This document shows, piece by piece, positions 45,290-55,332 of a stretch of DNA of 64,000 nucleotides; position 1 is the stretch's first letter; the number at the start of each line of letters is the position of its first letter. This stretch comes from a candidate division TM6 bacterium GW2011_GWF2_28_16 (GTDB lineage Bacteria; Babelota; Babeliae; Babelales; UASB340): the NCBI GenBank assembly GCA_000989185.1, contig LBNX01000003.1, forward strand, positions 33,704 to 97,703, given 5' to 3'. The translations under genes were made by a program, and so were the position numbers. The notes under the pieces are model-generated. The model had not been told where the DNA came from and ran no database searches. It was given only the letters and a program-made list of their open reading frames with translations.

Positions 45290-47719
45290 TTACCAAGCGT
45301 AATTCATATTAAGATGAAACTCATGAGCGCTTTCGCCTGCAGCTTTGTCTCGATCAAGTTTATAACCCCAATCGATTTTAGCTGGCATAGGCTGAGTAAG
45401 ATTTAATCCAAAGCCTACAGCGTGTCTTAAATCGAACTTGTCTCGTTTAATAAAAGCTTTATTTGTGATTTCATCTTTTGGAGTATTCCATCCAGCACCA
45501 GCATCGTAAAACAAGTGTCCGCGCATAGAGTAATCTGGAATTAATGGGAACTGTAATTCAACATTTAGCTGTATCATATATTTTGCACCCAATGGAGCAT
45601 TGGTGATCCATGCAGGTTCTATACCACCCCAGATAAAGCCTCTTACTGTATCTTGACCACCCATATGAAAGAGTTCTTTATATGGAATAATTTTTTTCTT
45701 TCTAGTGTCTTGTGTTATATAAGTTCCACCAACAGGTGTTACAACGCCAGTTTTGCCGTGTATCATAAATACAAGATTGTCATCACCAATAAGTGGCGTA
45801 TACCAACTGCCTTCTAATTCACTTTTTATAAAACTATATTCTAAGTTAATAGCAGGCGGTGCTATTTTGTTGTGCCACATAATTCTGTAACCATGATTAG
45901 GATAAATTTTATGATTTCTTGTATCTTTTATTAAATCTAAACAAAGCCAAGAAAGTGTTCCCTGTTGGAATTTTTGTCTGACTAAAGGTTCAAAAACTTC
46001 ACTGTTTGCTCCAACAGCATGAGGTTGATTATTTTTAATGTTTTCTATACCAAGCTCTGTAACAAATTGTAATCTTTTATCCCATTTTGGTAACAAAAAT
46101 CCAAAGCGGCCGCTGGCACCAAGTGTACTTTCTTTTGGCATTACGTTTACGTTTGCCCATTGTTCGTATTCTTCCCAACGTTTATATATTGTTGCGAATA
46201 CAGAAGAATCAGAATCAAATAATGCTGGGTCATAATAAGTTGCTTCTAACCGCTGAAAGCCATGTCTGTTACCTTGCATCATTGCTCCGGCATCAAAGCC
46301 CATACCAAATAAATTTTTCTTTTCTACGCTTACTTGGCCTTTTAGCGATGGTCTTGGATTAAATTTGTCACTACCATAAGAGATACCAACATTAGCATTT
46401 CCTGTTTTTGTTTCTTTTACGTTAAGTTCTAAGTTTGCTTTTTCATCATTTAATCTGTGTATCTTCCAGTTAACACCACCACGTTCAAAAAAACTTAAAT
46501 ATTCTACGTTAGCTTTTGATCTATTTAATTTTTTGGTTGTAATTAAATCGCCTTCTTCAAGATCTATTTGTCTTCTAATAACTTTATCTCTTGTAAAAGT
46601 GTTGCCAGTTATATTAACTCTGTTTACATAAAGTTTTTTTCCGGGTTCTACAAAGAAAGTAATATTTACAGATTTTGTTTCTTCATCAGGTTTTACTTGA
46701 GGGTAAACGTCTGCGTTTATATATCCCATTGTTCCCCAATAATCTCTAAGGCTTGTAATAGATTCCGCCATTTTAGACTGAGAATATGGTTTGTTTTCTT
46801 CTAAAGAGATATATTCTAATTGTTTTTCAGTTGTTACTTTTTCGTCATTATCTTCGTTAGAAACATCTATTTTAGAAATTTTAAATTGATCGCCTTCTTT
46901 TATATAAAAAGTAACTTCTATATTTTTATTTTCTTTTGAATATTTAACATCGGCTTTTTGTACTGTTGTTGTTAGATAGCCCTTGTCTCTGTATAAAAAT
47001 TCTATTCTGTGTTTATCCATTTCAAGATCATCTTGTTTGAATTTTCCTGCATCTTCGACAAAACCTAATAGCCATTCTTCTCTTGTTGTAATCATTTTGC
47101 GTAATTTGCGTTCAGGTATTTTTGTATTGCCTATAAAATTTACTCTTACTACATTAGATTTTGGCCCTTGATCTACTATAAATTTAGCAGTTACTTTTTC
47201 TGGTACGTTAGGATCGGGAATAATTAAATATTTAACTTCTGTTTTGTGATAACTTTCATCTGCATATAATTTTTTGATGCCGTTACAAATTCTGTGACCT
47301 GTTTCTTCGTCTACAGTTGTTAGTTTGTCTAGAGCAAGTTCTTCGCGTATTTTTTTACTATCTATAACCTTGTTGCCTTCAAATTCAAGTTTTGCTAATA
47401 ATTTTTTTTCTTCAACTTTTACGTAAATATTAACTTTGTGATGTTTTAAAATTTCTTTTTTTATTTTAACTTGTCTAAAATATCCAAGATTATAAACATT
47501 ATTTATAGCAATGGCACTTTTTGATTCATCAAAATCTTCGCCTGGCTTCCAAGGGAGCCTATTCATGATAGTATATTTTTTTACGTGATTATTCCCATTA
47601 ATAATAATTTTATTTATTTTAAGTGATTCACTAGCCTGCAGGATATTTAGTGATAGAAAACAAAAAGAAACAACTATTAAAAACAAAAATTTATTTAAAT
47701 AAAACTTTTTATGCATCAT
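45290..47719 (-). CDS. bamA: Outer membrane protein assembly factor BamA (Omp85)
   Basis: 809 aa. It has a signal peptide, repeated POTRA-like units, a C-terminal beta-barrel with a terminal aromatic (...NMNYAW) and the VRGF motif. Confidence 0.9.
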   Translation of the reverse strand: MMHKKFYLNKFLFLIVVSFCFLSLNILQASESLKINKIIINGNNHVKKYTIMNRLPWKPGEDFDESKSAIAINNVYNLGYFRQVKIKKEILKHHKVNIYVKVEEKKLLAKLEFEGNKVIDSKKIREELALDKLTTVDEETGHRICNGIKKLYADESYHKTEVKYLIIPDPNVPEKVTAKFIVDQGPKSNVVRVNFIGNTKIPERKLRKMITTREEWLLGFVEDAGKFKQDDLEMDKHRIEFLYRDKGYLTTTVQKADVKYSKENKNIEVTFYIKEGDQFKISKIDVSNEDNDEKVTTEKQLEYISLEENKPYSQSKMAESITSLRDYWGTMGYINADVYPQVKPDEETKSVNITFFVEPGKKLYVNRVNITGNTFTRDKVIRRQIDLEEGDLITTKKLNRSKANVEYLSFFERGGVNWKIHRLNDEKANLELNVKETKTGNANVGISYGSDKFNPRPSLKGQVSVEKKNLFGMGFDAGAMMQGNRHGFQRLEATYYDPALFDSDSSVFATIYKRWEEYEQWANVNVMPKESTLGASGRFGFLLPKWDKRLQFVTELGIENIKNNQPHAVGANSEVFEPLVRQKFQQGTLSWLCLDLIKDTRNHKIYPNHGYRIMWHNKIAPPAINLEYSFIKSELEGSWYTPLIGDDNLVFMIHGKTGVVTPVGGTYITQDTRKKKIIPYKELFHMGGQDTVRGFIWGGIEPAWITNAPLGAKYMIQLNVELQFPLIPDYSMRGHLFYDAGAGWNTPKDEITNKAFIKRDKFDLRHAVGFGLNLTQPMPAKIDWGYKLDRDKAAGESAHEFHLNMNYAW

Positions 47720-47811
47720 AAAACTCCAAACCTACTCACTACTTTTTAAGTGTTCATCAAGAAAATAGAATACAAGTTTGTGAAAAATTTACCATATTTT
47801 TGTGTAATATT

Positions 47812-49365
47812 CTAATTTTGTGCTTGATAATTTTTTATAGTTTCAAAATCTTTTTTGATAGAATGCTCACTTGGAGCCCAATCTAAAAGCTTAGATTTGA
47901 TTGAGTTAACAAAGTTTTTTGATATTGCAACTTTGTTTTCTAATAATTTTATTTTTTCTTTATGCTTGAATACATAAACTTTTAAATTTTTACTTGTAAG
48001 TCTTATGTTTATATCTAAATCTTGTGTATTGTTAGAAATATTTTCTATAGATTTTAAAATTAATGGTGTAAAAATAACAGAAGGTAAACATTCTAAAGGT
48101 TCGCTAGTTTTGTCTTTTAATTTATTCCACGAAACAAACCATAATTCTTTGTGCGTAGGATCTTTTGATTTTTTGCAAAACATTCTACTTGGAGAAAATA
48201 GTTTTTGCCAAAAGCTTTCATAATGTCTGTTTGGTTGAGTTGTAGTGGTATCAAGGCTTAATACCTGCTGTGTATTTACTATTACCTTTTGCATTTCTCT
48301 ATCTGTCATAATTTTTAATTGAACAAATTTTGGTTTATCTTTTATTTTTGTAGTATCAATATTTTTTATTATTTTAAATCTTCGTTTACTGTCTTTTTTT
48401 GTAGAAAACACGTCTAGATCTTGTATTACGTCTTCTTGTGAATATATGCTATAAATATTTTTAAAAAAATTATTTAAAATAAAGCTTTCTGTTTCTGGCT
48501 GCACTGGGCATCCAAACATTAAAAGTTCATTTACTATTAAATTTTTATTTTCTGGAAAATAATCATATTTTTTTTGATTAGTATAAGCTTTAATGGCACT
48601 TTTTTTAGGTAAAGCTTTAATAATTTCGTACATACATTTTAATGATTCATGTTCGTCATTATTAATAGTATTTTTTAATATTAAATCTATATTTTCAAAA
48701 TTATTAATAACAGTATGCACTGCAGCTAAATTTAATGCTAAGTTACCACCATGACTATGAGTTATAATTCTAATTTCGGGAATTTTCTCAAAAGATTTAT
48801 AATTTTCGAGTTCTTCTGAAAGTGAATTATAAAAACGTACAGCTTCTAATCTTCTTCTATTTTGACTTAATAAACCAGACCAGCCAAAGGTATAAAAGTT
48901 GTTATTAATATTTTTATTATTTTCTTGATCAAATTGTTCATAAGCTTTAATTATTGGATAAGCTGCAAAGTGAGTATTTGATGTTGATGCCAAATCAAAA
49001 GTAGGTTCAATTTTAATTAAACCTTTTTGCATAATTGTTTGGCTGCTATAAAAATCTGGATTTTTTCGCATTTTTGATACGGTTTTTTTGTATTTGGTGT
49101 TATCTACATTATCGTCTAAAACTTTAAATAAGTTCATTAATCCAATAACAGATCCAAAAGAACCATGAGTAAAAACAGTTATTTTTTCTTGAGTGTATTT
49201 TTTGGGAACAATATTTGTGATTTTTGGTTGTTTTTTATAATAATTAAATAAAATAACACCAAGTAATATTGTAAAAAGAAGTAAAAAAGATGTAAAAAAC
49301 ACTATAATTCGATGTTTTTTCCCCATTTTTTTATTAATTTTTATATCTTTTTTACTGTTTTTCAT
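47812..49365 (-). CDS. Membrane-anchored alpha/beta-hydrolase (lipase/esterase-like)
   Basis: I prefer the ATG at 49365, which follows GGAGA at 7 nt (MKNSKKDIK...). It has an N-terminal TM, HGSFGS and a nucleophile-elbow-like THSHGGN. The track N-terminus (to 49482) is read from a repeat element. Confidence 0.5.
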   Translation of the reverse strand: MKNSKKDIKINKKMGKKHRIIVFFTSFLLLFTILLGVILFNYYKKQPKITNIVPKKYTQEKITVFTHGSFGSVIGLMNLFKVLDDNVDNTKYKKTVSKMRKNPDFYSSQTIMQKGLIKIEPTFDLASTSNTHFAAYPIIKAYEQFDQENNKNINNNFYTFGWSGLLSQNRRRLEAVRFYNSLSEELENYKSFEKIPEIRIITHSHGGNLALNLAAVHTVINNFENIDLILKNTINNDEHESLKCMYEIIKALPKKSAIKAYTNQKKYDYFPENKNLIVNELLMFGCPVQPETESFILNNFFKNIYSIYSQEDVIQDLDVFSTKKDSKRRFKIIKNIDTTKIKDKPKFVQLKIMTDREMQKVIVNTQQVLSLDTTTTQPNRHYESFWQKLFSPSRMFCKKSKDPTHKELWFVSWNKLKDKTSEPLECLPSVIFTPLILKSIENISNNTQDLDINIRLTSKNLKVYVFKHKEKIKLLENKVAISKNFVNSIKSKLLDWAPSEHSIKKDFETIKNYQAQN

Positions 49366-49390
49366 ACTTTTTCTCCAGATTTTTATTACA

Positions 49391-49476
49391 CGAACGTTTC
49401 GTTCGCCCTGCCTGTGCGCCATAGTCTTAACGACGGCGTAAGCGTAGTCGAAGGGCAAACAGATCAGGGATCTCTC
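49391..49476. repeat. GC-rich repeat in the 5' region of the hydrolase gene
   Basis: cgaacgtttcgttcgccctgcctgtGCGCCatagtcttaacgacGGCGtaagcgtagtcgaagggcaaacagatcagggatctctc. It shares cgttcgccctg with 59278-59327 (reverse complement) and the GGGATCTCTC end with the mutL units. Confidence 0.75.
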
Positions 49477-49743
49477 TTCCAATATTTATCTTATATTTAT
49501 CTTATTAAATAGGGCTAAAAATGCAACCGGTATATTATTATTTGTCAATTTTTTGTATTAAAAATTTTAAAATAGATTCTGGAAGCAATTTTTTGTTTAG
49601 TCTCTGCCATAGCGTATATACAATATAAGGAGGGCATTTGAAAATTTATTTTTAAAGTGCTAATATTTAGGCCTATATGGGATGTTATTTAGGGGTTTTT
49701 AGGGCCATTTTTAATTATGGCAATTTTAATTGGGGGGCTTTTT

Positions 49744-51513
49744 GTGAAAAACAGTTTACAAAAAATTCTAACATGTTCGTTATTTTCTTTATCTATCGTT
49801 TTTTCTGGTCATGCATTAGTTGCTGAGCACAAACAACCAAATCCAGATTTAGACTATTTTAAGTCTAGAAAAATAGATCTTAATTTAGGTGTTATAAATA
49901 TTCGTGTAAATTTTGAACTAGGTCATGATAAATTGTTTAAGGGCTTTAATGAAGAAGGTATTAACCTTACGTTTGGTCAAGGATTAAAGCAAAAGCAAAC
50001 TGATTCAAAACAAGGTTCGTTAGAAGATAGAATAGGTTCATTAAATCTTGGAGATTTTACTAAAGTTTTAGCAGTTAATGTTGCAAAAAATGAAATAAAA
50101 AAATATCTCGAAAATAATAAAATAGATGAATTATTAAATGGATTACCACCATATGCTAAATGGTTTATATCAAGAATTATTAAAAATGGTAAATTAACGC
50201 CAACAGATGTATTTATTTTAAAAACTTATATGTTGTATGTTACAGATTTGGGTGTTGGTTACGAAAATTTAAAAACTGTAGAGTTTTTAATTCTTGTTAT
50301 TAAGCTTATAAATTCAAGTGTAAATTTTGATATTAATAAGATTAATAGTTTAATTGAAAAATTATCAGAATATTTTGAACCTGAATTTATTAGTTTTGTT
50401 CGTGATTTAGTAAATGATTTTAAAACAGGTTTTAAAAATATAGATTTTGAAAATATTAAACTAAAAAACAGTGAAAATAAGCAACAAGTTTTGGGCTATG
50501 CTTTTGATAATAATGATGCAGCGCAGGCTTTTTATGATCGTGTTAAATCTGTAAGTAATTTAAATACAGAAGTATTCAAAAGTTTAGCTAAAAGCTTTAC
50601 ACAAAGTTATGATGCTAATACTAAGCATGATATTTTTGATAAAGTTGATACTCAAAACTTAGAAAATCAAATTGTATTGGTTAAAGATTTAGATCCAAAT
50701 CTTGTTAAGGATAAAGCTAATGGTGTTTATCTTGATTCAAGTGATGACAAAAATACTGTTTATTGTGTAAATAATAATAAAGAAAATAATTTAGATTATG
50801 CTCTTTTAACTAAATCTGTTGTTGCAGCTATTTATCATGCTATAAGTGAATATAAAGAAATAAGTGGCTTTGAATTTAATGATATTATTAAATCTTTTAA
50901 TTCTAAAGAGCTTGAAAATAATTTAGGAACTTTAAATAAAGAGAAGGCTAAATTACAAAATAAACTTGATATTATTAATAAAAATATAGCTTATAATCAA
51001 AAAAATATAGAGCATGAACTTAGTACTCCTTGGTTTGTTAGAACATTTAATAGAATGTTTAAAAATAGTACGTTAAATAGTGATAAAGTTAGTTTACTTG
51101 ATTATGAAAAAGTAAAACAAGAAACAGAACAAGAATTAACTATAATAAGCAACAAGCTTGATAAGTTAAATATTATTGTAACAGGACAATATTCGCAAAA
51201 TTTTCTAAATACTGTTAAAGATAAAACTTTAATAGAAACATTTAAAACTATATTCTCTTTTGATAATAATTTTACAAAAATATTAAAAGATATTTTAACT
51301 GATAATAATTATAAAATAGTTAGAGAAAATTTGTTTAATCGTTTGGCTGCAGTATCTGGTAACTTTGAACTTGTTAAAGAATATTGGCCAACAATTGAAT
51401 ATGTTTTAGAAAATAAATTCCCAGAATTAAAAGAAAACATTTCTACTTTTAGTAAAAAACTAGAAGAAGAACCAGGTTTGGAAACATCTTTATTGAAGTT
51501 ATCACTTAAATAA
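49744..51513 (+). CDS. Hypothetical secreted coiled-coil protein
   Basis: I prefer the GTG at 49744, which follows GGGGGGCTTTTT. It has the signal-like KNSLQKILTCSLFSLSIVFSGHA. I recognise no domain. Confidence 0.55.
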   Translation: MKNSLQKILTCSLFSLSIVFSGHALVAEHKQPNPDLDYFKSRKIDLNLGVINIRVNFELGHDKLFKGFNEEGINLTFGQGLKQKQTDSKQGSLEDRIGSLNLGDFTKVLAVNVAKNEIKKYLENNKIDELLNGLPPYAKWFISRIIKNGKLTPTDVFILKTYMLYVTDLGVGYENLKTVEFLILVIKLINSSVNFDINKINSLIEKLSEYFEPEFISFVRDLVNDFKTGFKNIDFENIKLKNSENKQQVLGYAFDNNDAAQAFYDRVKSVSNLNTEVFKSLAKSFTQSYDANTKHDIFDKVDTQNLENQIVLVKDLDPNLVKDKANGVYLDSSDDKNTVYCVNNNKENNLDYALLTKSVVAAIYHAISEYKEISGFEFNDIIKSFNSKELENNLGTLNKEKAKLQNKLDIINKNIAYNQKNIEHELSTPWFVRTFNRMFKNSTLNSDKVSLLDYEKVKQETEQELTIISNKLDKLNIIVTGQYSQNFLNTVKDKTLIETFKTIFSFDNNFTKILKDILTDNNYKIVRENLFNRLAAVSGNFELVKEYWPTIEYVLENKFPELKENISTFSKKLEEEPGLETSLLKLSLK

Positions 51514-51551
51514 AAGACGCCTAAAAATTTGGGGGATAGCTGGGATTTATA

Positions 51552-51573
51552 GGGCTGCGATTTATCGCAGCCC
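51552..51573 (+). terminator. Hairpin terminator
   Basis: GGGCTGCGA-ttta-TCGCAGCCC followed by TTTT. Confidence 0.65.
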
Positions 51574-51575
51574 TT

Positions 51576-51608
51576 TTGTCATCCTGAATTTATTTCAGGA
51601 TCCAGTAA
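51576..51608. repeat. B-type hairpin repeat
   Basis: ttgtcATCCTGAAtttatTTCAGGATccagtaa. Confidence 0.85.
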
Positions 51609-51677
51609 TTATTTTGTATTTAAACATAAATATTTTCATGACAAATATTTGAAATATGCTAGAATTTAACTCAGTTC

Positions 51678-51751
51678 TGGGATGTCGTCTAGTGGTAGGA
51701 CTGCGGATTCTGGATCCGTTAACAGAGGTTCGAATCCTCTCGTCCCAGCCA
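51678..51751 (+). tRNA. tRNA-Gln (CTG)
   Basis: A cloverleaf can be drawn by hand. The acceptor is TGGGATG/CGTCCCA, the anticodon loop is TTCTGGA, the T-arm is AGAGGTTCGAATCCTCT and the CCA is encoded. Confidence 0.88.
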
Positions 51752-52061
51752 AATTTTTGTATTAAATGTGTGGTGTTTTTTACAAAATTCTAGCAGTATT
51801 AGAGAATATTTAATCAAATATATTTCATCTTTTATAATAATTTAAATAACTTTTGACTATGTGTCCTTTTATCTATTATATGTTGCCAGAAATATATTCC
51901 AGAATTAAGATTGTTTCAAATTGTTATAATGTGCAATAGTTTGATTAATAAATTGTTTCAAGTTGTGGCCTTTGATGAATATGTCTAATTAAGGCATCAT
52001 TAAATTGTATAAATGGAATAGTTTTAGATTTTATATTTAAGATTTATTTGGGGGTTATATT

Positions 52062-53048
52062 ATGAATATTCGTAAATTTACTTTTTTTTACATTATCGCG
52101 TCAATATTTCTTTTTACAAATATATGTAGAATAGATGCAACAGGATATATTACAGAAATAATAAATAATACCGATGAAGAAATAATAATTTCTAGTCCTT
52201 CATTGTATACTCAAAAATTAGAAGGGAATATTGTTAAAGCTATATCTTTAAATACAGGCAAAGAACTTCAACCAAAATTGAATCAATTAAGTTTATTTCC
52301 TAGATCTTTAAATAAAATTAAGGGTTTTGGAATACCTATAATACCTTTAGGGGTTGATAACAACAATAGTTTTAAAATACCTCATCATTATGCTAATTTA
52401 AATTTTAAACCTTTATTAACGTTAAATATAGATTTATTTATTGCTTTTTGTCAAAAAGGGAATTTATTGGAGATTTTTGGTTGTGATGGAATAAAAGAAA
52501 TTTTTTTATCAAACAAAAAAATATTTTCAGGAACTAATAATTCAAGTTTTAGAATCGTTACAAACGAAGTTATTTCAAATGAAGCTAAATATTCAATTGA
52601 AATTAAAAAAATATCTAGTTTCCCTTCTTTATTTTATAATATTTTACAATATGGGCCTTATCATAAGCCCAATTTATTCAAAAATACACTTCAAATTATT
52701 ATTAAACCAGACGAATCAGTTGTTTGTGATACAAAACCTATACAGCCTAAGGCTTTCATAGGATCATATTTTGCAGGTTCAGAAAATTGTGGAATTATCA
52801 AGGTGAGCATAGAATTTGATGCAATAGGAACGGAATTATATTTTAAAAACTTCACTAAATTTATGGAGACTAAATTATTAAATATAGCTAAAATTAGAAC
52901 AATTAATAAGGACGGACATATATATTTATGTTTAGACATATATGATAAGATAACTCGCGAATTTATACAATTATTACTTGATGAAGCAAATAATAATACT
53001 GAATTACTTTCTGGTAATTTTAGGCCATTGTCTATTCTTAAGAATTAA
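52062..53048 (+). CDS. Orphan secreted protein
   Basis: 328-aa ORF that follows GGGGGTTATATT. It has the signal-like MNIRKFTFFYIIASIFLFTNICRIDA. Confidence 0.55.
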   Translation: MNIRKFTFFYIIASIFLFTNICRIDATGYITEIINNTDEEIIISSPSLYTQKLEGNIVKAISLNTGKELQPKLNQLSLFPRSLNKIKGFGIPIIPLGVDNNNSFKIPHHYANLNFKPLLTLNIDLFIAFCQKGNLLEIFGCDGIKEIFLSNKKIFSGTNNSSFRIVTNEVISNEAKYSIEIKKISSFPSLFYNILQYGPYHKPNLFKNTLQIIIKPDESVVCDTKPIQPKAFIGSYFAGSENCGIIKVSIEFDAIGTELYFKNFTKFMETKLLNIAKIRTINKDGHIYLCLDIYDKITREFIQLLLDEANNNTELLSGNFRPLSILKN

Positions 53049-53064
53049 TACAATTAAAATAAAA

Positions 53065-53106
53065 AATCCTAGATTTATCAAAAATATTAATTGGTAGTCT
53101 AGGATT
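53065..53106 (+). terminator. Hairpin terminator
   Basis: AATCCTAGA...(24 nt)...TCTAGGATT followed by a T-run. Confidence 0.55.
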
Positions 53107-53175
53107 TTTTATTTTTAATTTGTCAGATATATAAATAATTATTTTTAGTTAAAGTGATTAAATGTAAATTTTGTT

Positions 53176-53223
53176 GTAAACTTTTCCAGTCGAAAAGTTC
53201 GAAGTGCATTGAGAGTGGGTAGC
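53176..53223 (+). repeat. Imperfect direct repeat, copy a (hairpin plus GC-rich tail)
   Basis: gtAAACTTTTCcagtcGAAAAGTTcgaagtgcattgagagtgggtagc. Compare 54366-54412. Confidence 0.7.
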
Positions 53224-53460
53224 TAGCTCCACCAAGGCTGTGGCTGGTCAAGGTTAAAAAGTATGATGGTTTTAAAAAAAATATTAATAGAAAAGAATAC
53301 GAAGATGTTTGTCGAAGCTTAAAGAGTGTAAGAGGACAAAATGAGTGTAAATTTATTAGATTTGAAAAATATATTAGTATTAAATTGTAAAAAAATATTT
53401 ATGATATAATGCGTGCATACAGTTATTTTAGTATTTTTAATAAATAATTATGTGAAATAA

Positions 53461-54165
53461 ATGAATAACAAAAGTAGTATAAAAAAAACTTCTTATTTAC
53501 ATAAGCCATTTGGTGAAATATTTAATGAAATTGCAGTACTTTTAAAATATTTAAAAAATAGCTCAGATTTTGATAAGAGATGCCTAAATAATTTAATTTG
53601 TCACACAACTATTAGAATGCTTGAAGGAATTGTAAATATAATTATTGAATCTACGAAATTAAATGATAAATTAAAAAAAAATTTGGATAAGTTGTCACTA
53701 ATAGATAAATTTGACTTATTGCTCTTTTTGAAATCTGAAGAAAAGTTGAATCTAGGATATCATTTGGTGGGAGGAGTTATTGAATTAATAATTTATAGAA
53801 ATAATTCAATTCATCCCAAAGTCATTGAAACAGAAATAGAATTTTATGAAGAATCAGGTTGTGTTTACTTCAAACCTAAAAAATCATGGTCTTCTAATGA
53901 GAAAGAACTTGCCATAAAATTTTTAAAAAATGCATTTAAATTTTTAGATTATTATTTAATTGATTTGTGCAAATGCGATATAGACTTTTTATCAACACTA
54001 TTATTAGACACAGTAAAATATTCTGATACAGAATATGGAATTTTACAATTAAAACAGTTATCAGAGTCTAAAAAGTTTATAGAATTAGAACTTAAAATAA
54101 ATATTGAATTTTTATTATTTTTAGATAGGCCTTTAATAAAAGAGTGTTTAAATTTAAAAATTTAA
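53461..54165 (+). CDS. Orphan cytoplasmic protein
   Basis: 234-aa ORF with no signal peptide and no motif I recognise. It is bracketed by the 47-nt direct repeats. Confidence 0.5.
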   Translation: MNNKSSIKKTSYLHKPFGEIFNEIAVLLKYLKNSSDFDKRCLNNLICHTTIRMLEGIVNIIIESTKLNDKLKKNLDKLSLIDKFDLLLFLKSEEKLNLGYHLVGGVIELIIYRNNSIHPKVIETEIEFYEESGCVYFKPKKSWSSNEKELAIKFLKNAFKFLDYYLIDLCKCDIDFLSTLLLDTVKYSDTEYGILQLKQLSESKKFIELELKINIEFLLFLDRPLIKECLNLKI

Positions 54166-54365
54166 TTATAATTATATTTGATAGAAACGTTTCAATTCTT
54201 TAAATTAAAGGGTAGAGATGTAGCTTAAAAATGGAATTTGGACTTGCCATTTAGATAGTTCATTAAACTTTTTTCAAAATTTATATAAATAGTATGGAAT
54301 AAATTTAAAAAATGACATCTCATTACTAATAGTAGGTAAATAGTGGTTAAGGTAATTTTTTTTAT

Positions 54366-54412
54366 GCAAACTTTTTCAGTCAAAAGTTTGAAGTGAGTTA
54401 AGGTTGGGCAGC
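54366..54412 (+). repeat. Imperfect direct repeat, copy b
   Basis: gcAAACTTTTtcagtcAAAAGTTTgaagtgagttaaggttgggcagc. The stem is retained with different bases. Confidence 0.7.
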
Positions 54413-54583
54413 CAAATTTTACCTAATTCATATCTACAATATAATAAAATTTCTACCTGTAATCTTTTATTCTCTCTGTAAATAAAATAATTTTAATATT
54501 TAATATATCGATTCAGTCTGCATTTAAGCATGTTTGGCGTTTGTTTTATTATTTAAAAATGCGAAAATATAGATGTGTAGGTT

Positions 54584-54609
54584 GTCACCTCGGGCTGTGA
54601 CCCGTGGTC
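54584..54609. repeat. Degenerate B-short repeat
   Basis: GTCACCTCGGGCTGTGACCCGTGGTC compared with GTCATCCCGGGCTTGACCCGGGATC (mutL copy). Confidence 0.5.
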
Positions 54610-54654
54610 TTAAATTAATAATATAAAAATTATGGCGGGGGCCTAGGGATTTTT

Positions 54655-55287
54655 ATGACAAATGTAAATTCAAAAAAGTTAATGTTTCCAGTTATATCTA
54701 TTGTTTCTGTTGCAGCTCTTTTATTAGCATCTGGTTGTGCTAAATACAGAGGACAAAATTTAGAAACATTGGCTTATCCATCTTCAGAAGCTAAAAAAGA
54801 ATCTGTGTTTATGGCATATAAACCATTTAATGCTTCTGATTGTAAAGTTTATTTAGATAGAGATGTTTTGGCTAAAGGTTATCAGCCGATTCAAGTTACA
54901 ATAGTAAATAATTCTAAAAAATATTTAGACTTCTCTTTAGATAGAATTAGTTTGCCATCTGTTCCAGCTAGAGAAATTGCTAGAAAGGTTCATACATCTA
55001 CAGCTGCTCGTGCTGGTGGGTATGGTGCAGCTTCGTTAGTTTTATGGCCATTTATTATACCAGCTATTGTTGATGGTAATAAATCTGCAAGAGCTAATGA
55101 TAGATTAGATGAAGATTTTAATAGAAAAGAATTAAAGACCCAAATTATAAGCCCATATCATTCTGTTAATGGTATTATATTTGTGCCAAGAGAAAGATTT
55201 AATCCAGATTTTAAGGTTACATTAGTAGAAGTAGAGAATAATAATAAAATAGAATTGGGCAGTACAAAGACTAGTTTTAATTTTTAA
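54655..55287 (+). CDS. Orphan probable lipoprotein
   Basis: 210 aa. The signal ends in LLLASGC. The ORF follows CTAGGGATTTTT. Confidence 0.6.
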   Translation: MTNVNSKKLMFPVISIVSVAALLLASGCAKYRGQNLETLAYPSSEAKKESVFMAYKPFNASDCKVYLDRDVLAKGYQPIQVTIVNNSKKYLDFSLDRISLPSVPAREIARKVHTSTAARAGGYGAASLVLWPFIIPAIVDGNKSARANDRLDEDFNRKELKTQIISPYHSVNGIIFVPRERFNPDFKVTLVEVENNNKIELGSTKTSFNF

Positions 55288-55332
55288 GTTTTAATTTAAA
55301 TTTGAATAATATATTTAAAAGTGGAGGCTTTT

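Noticed and set aside
51752-52061. Search for a duplicated tRNA-Gln 3' end (att site) or an integrase that would define a classical genomic island
   Set aside because: I could find no second copy of the tRNA 3' segment and no integrase or recombinase ORF between 51752 and 59327. The island status is therefore reported only as a low-confidence inference.
53226-53393. Short open frame LAPPRLWLVKVKKYDGFKKNINRKEYEDVCRSLKSVRGQNECKFIRFEKYISIKL* with no ATG, between two orphan genes
   Set aside because: It may be the tail of a degraded gene. However, it has no start codon and no recognisable family, and it begins inside a repeat, so the support is too weak to annotate.
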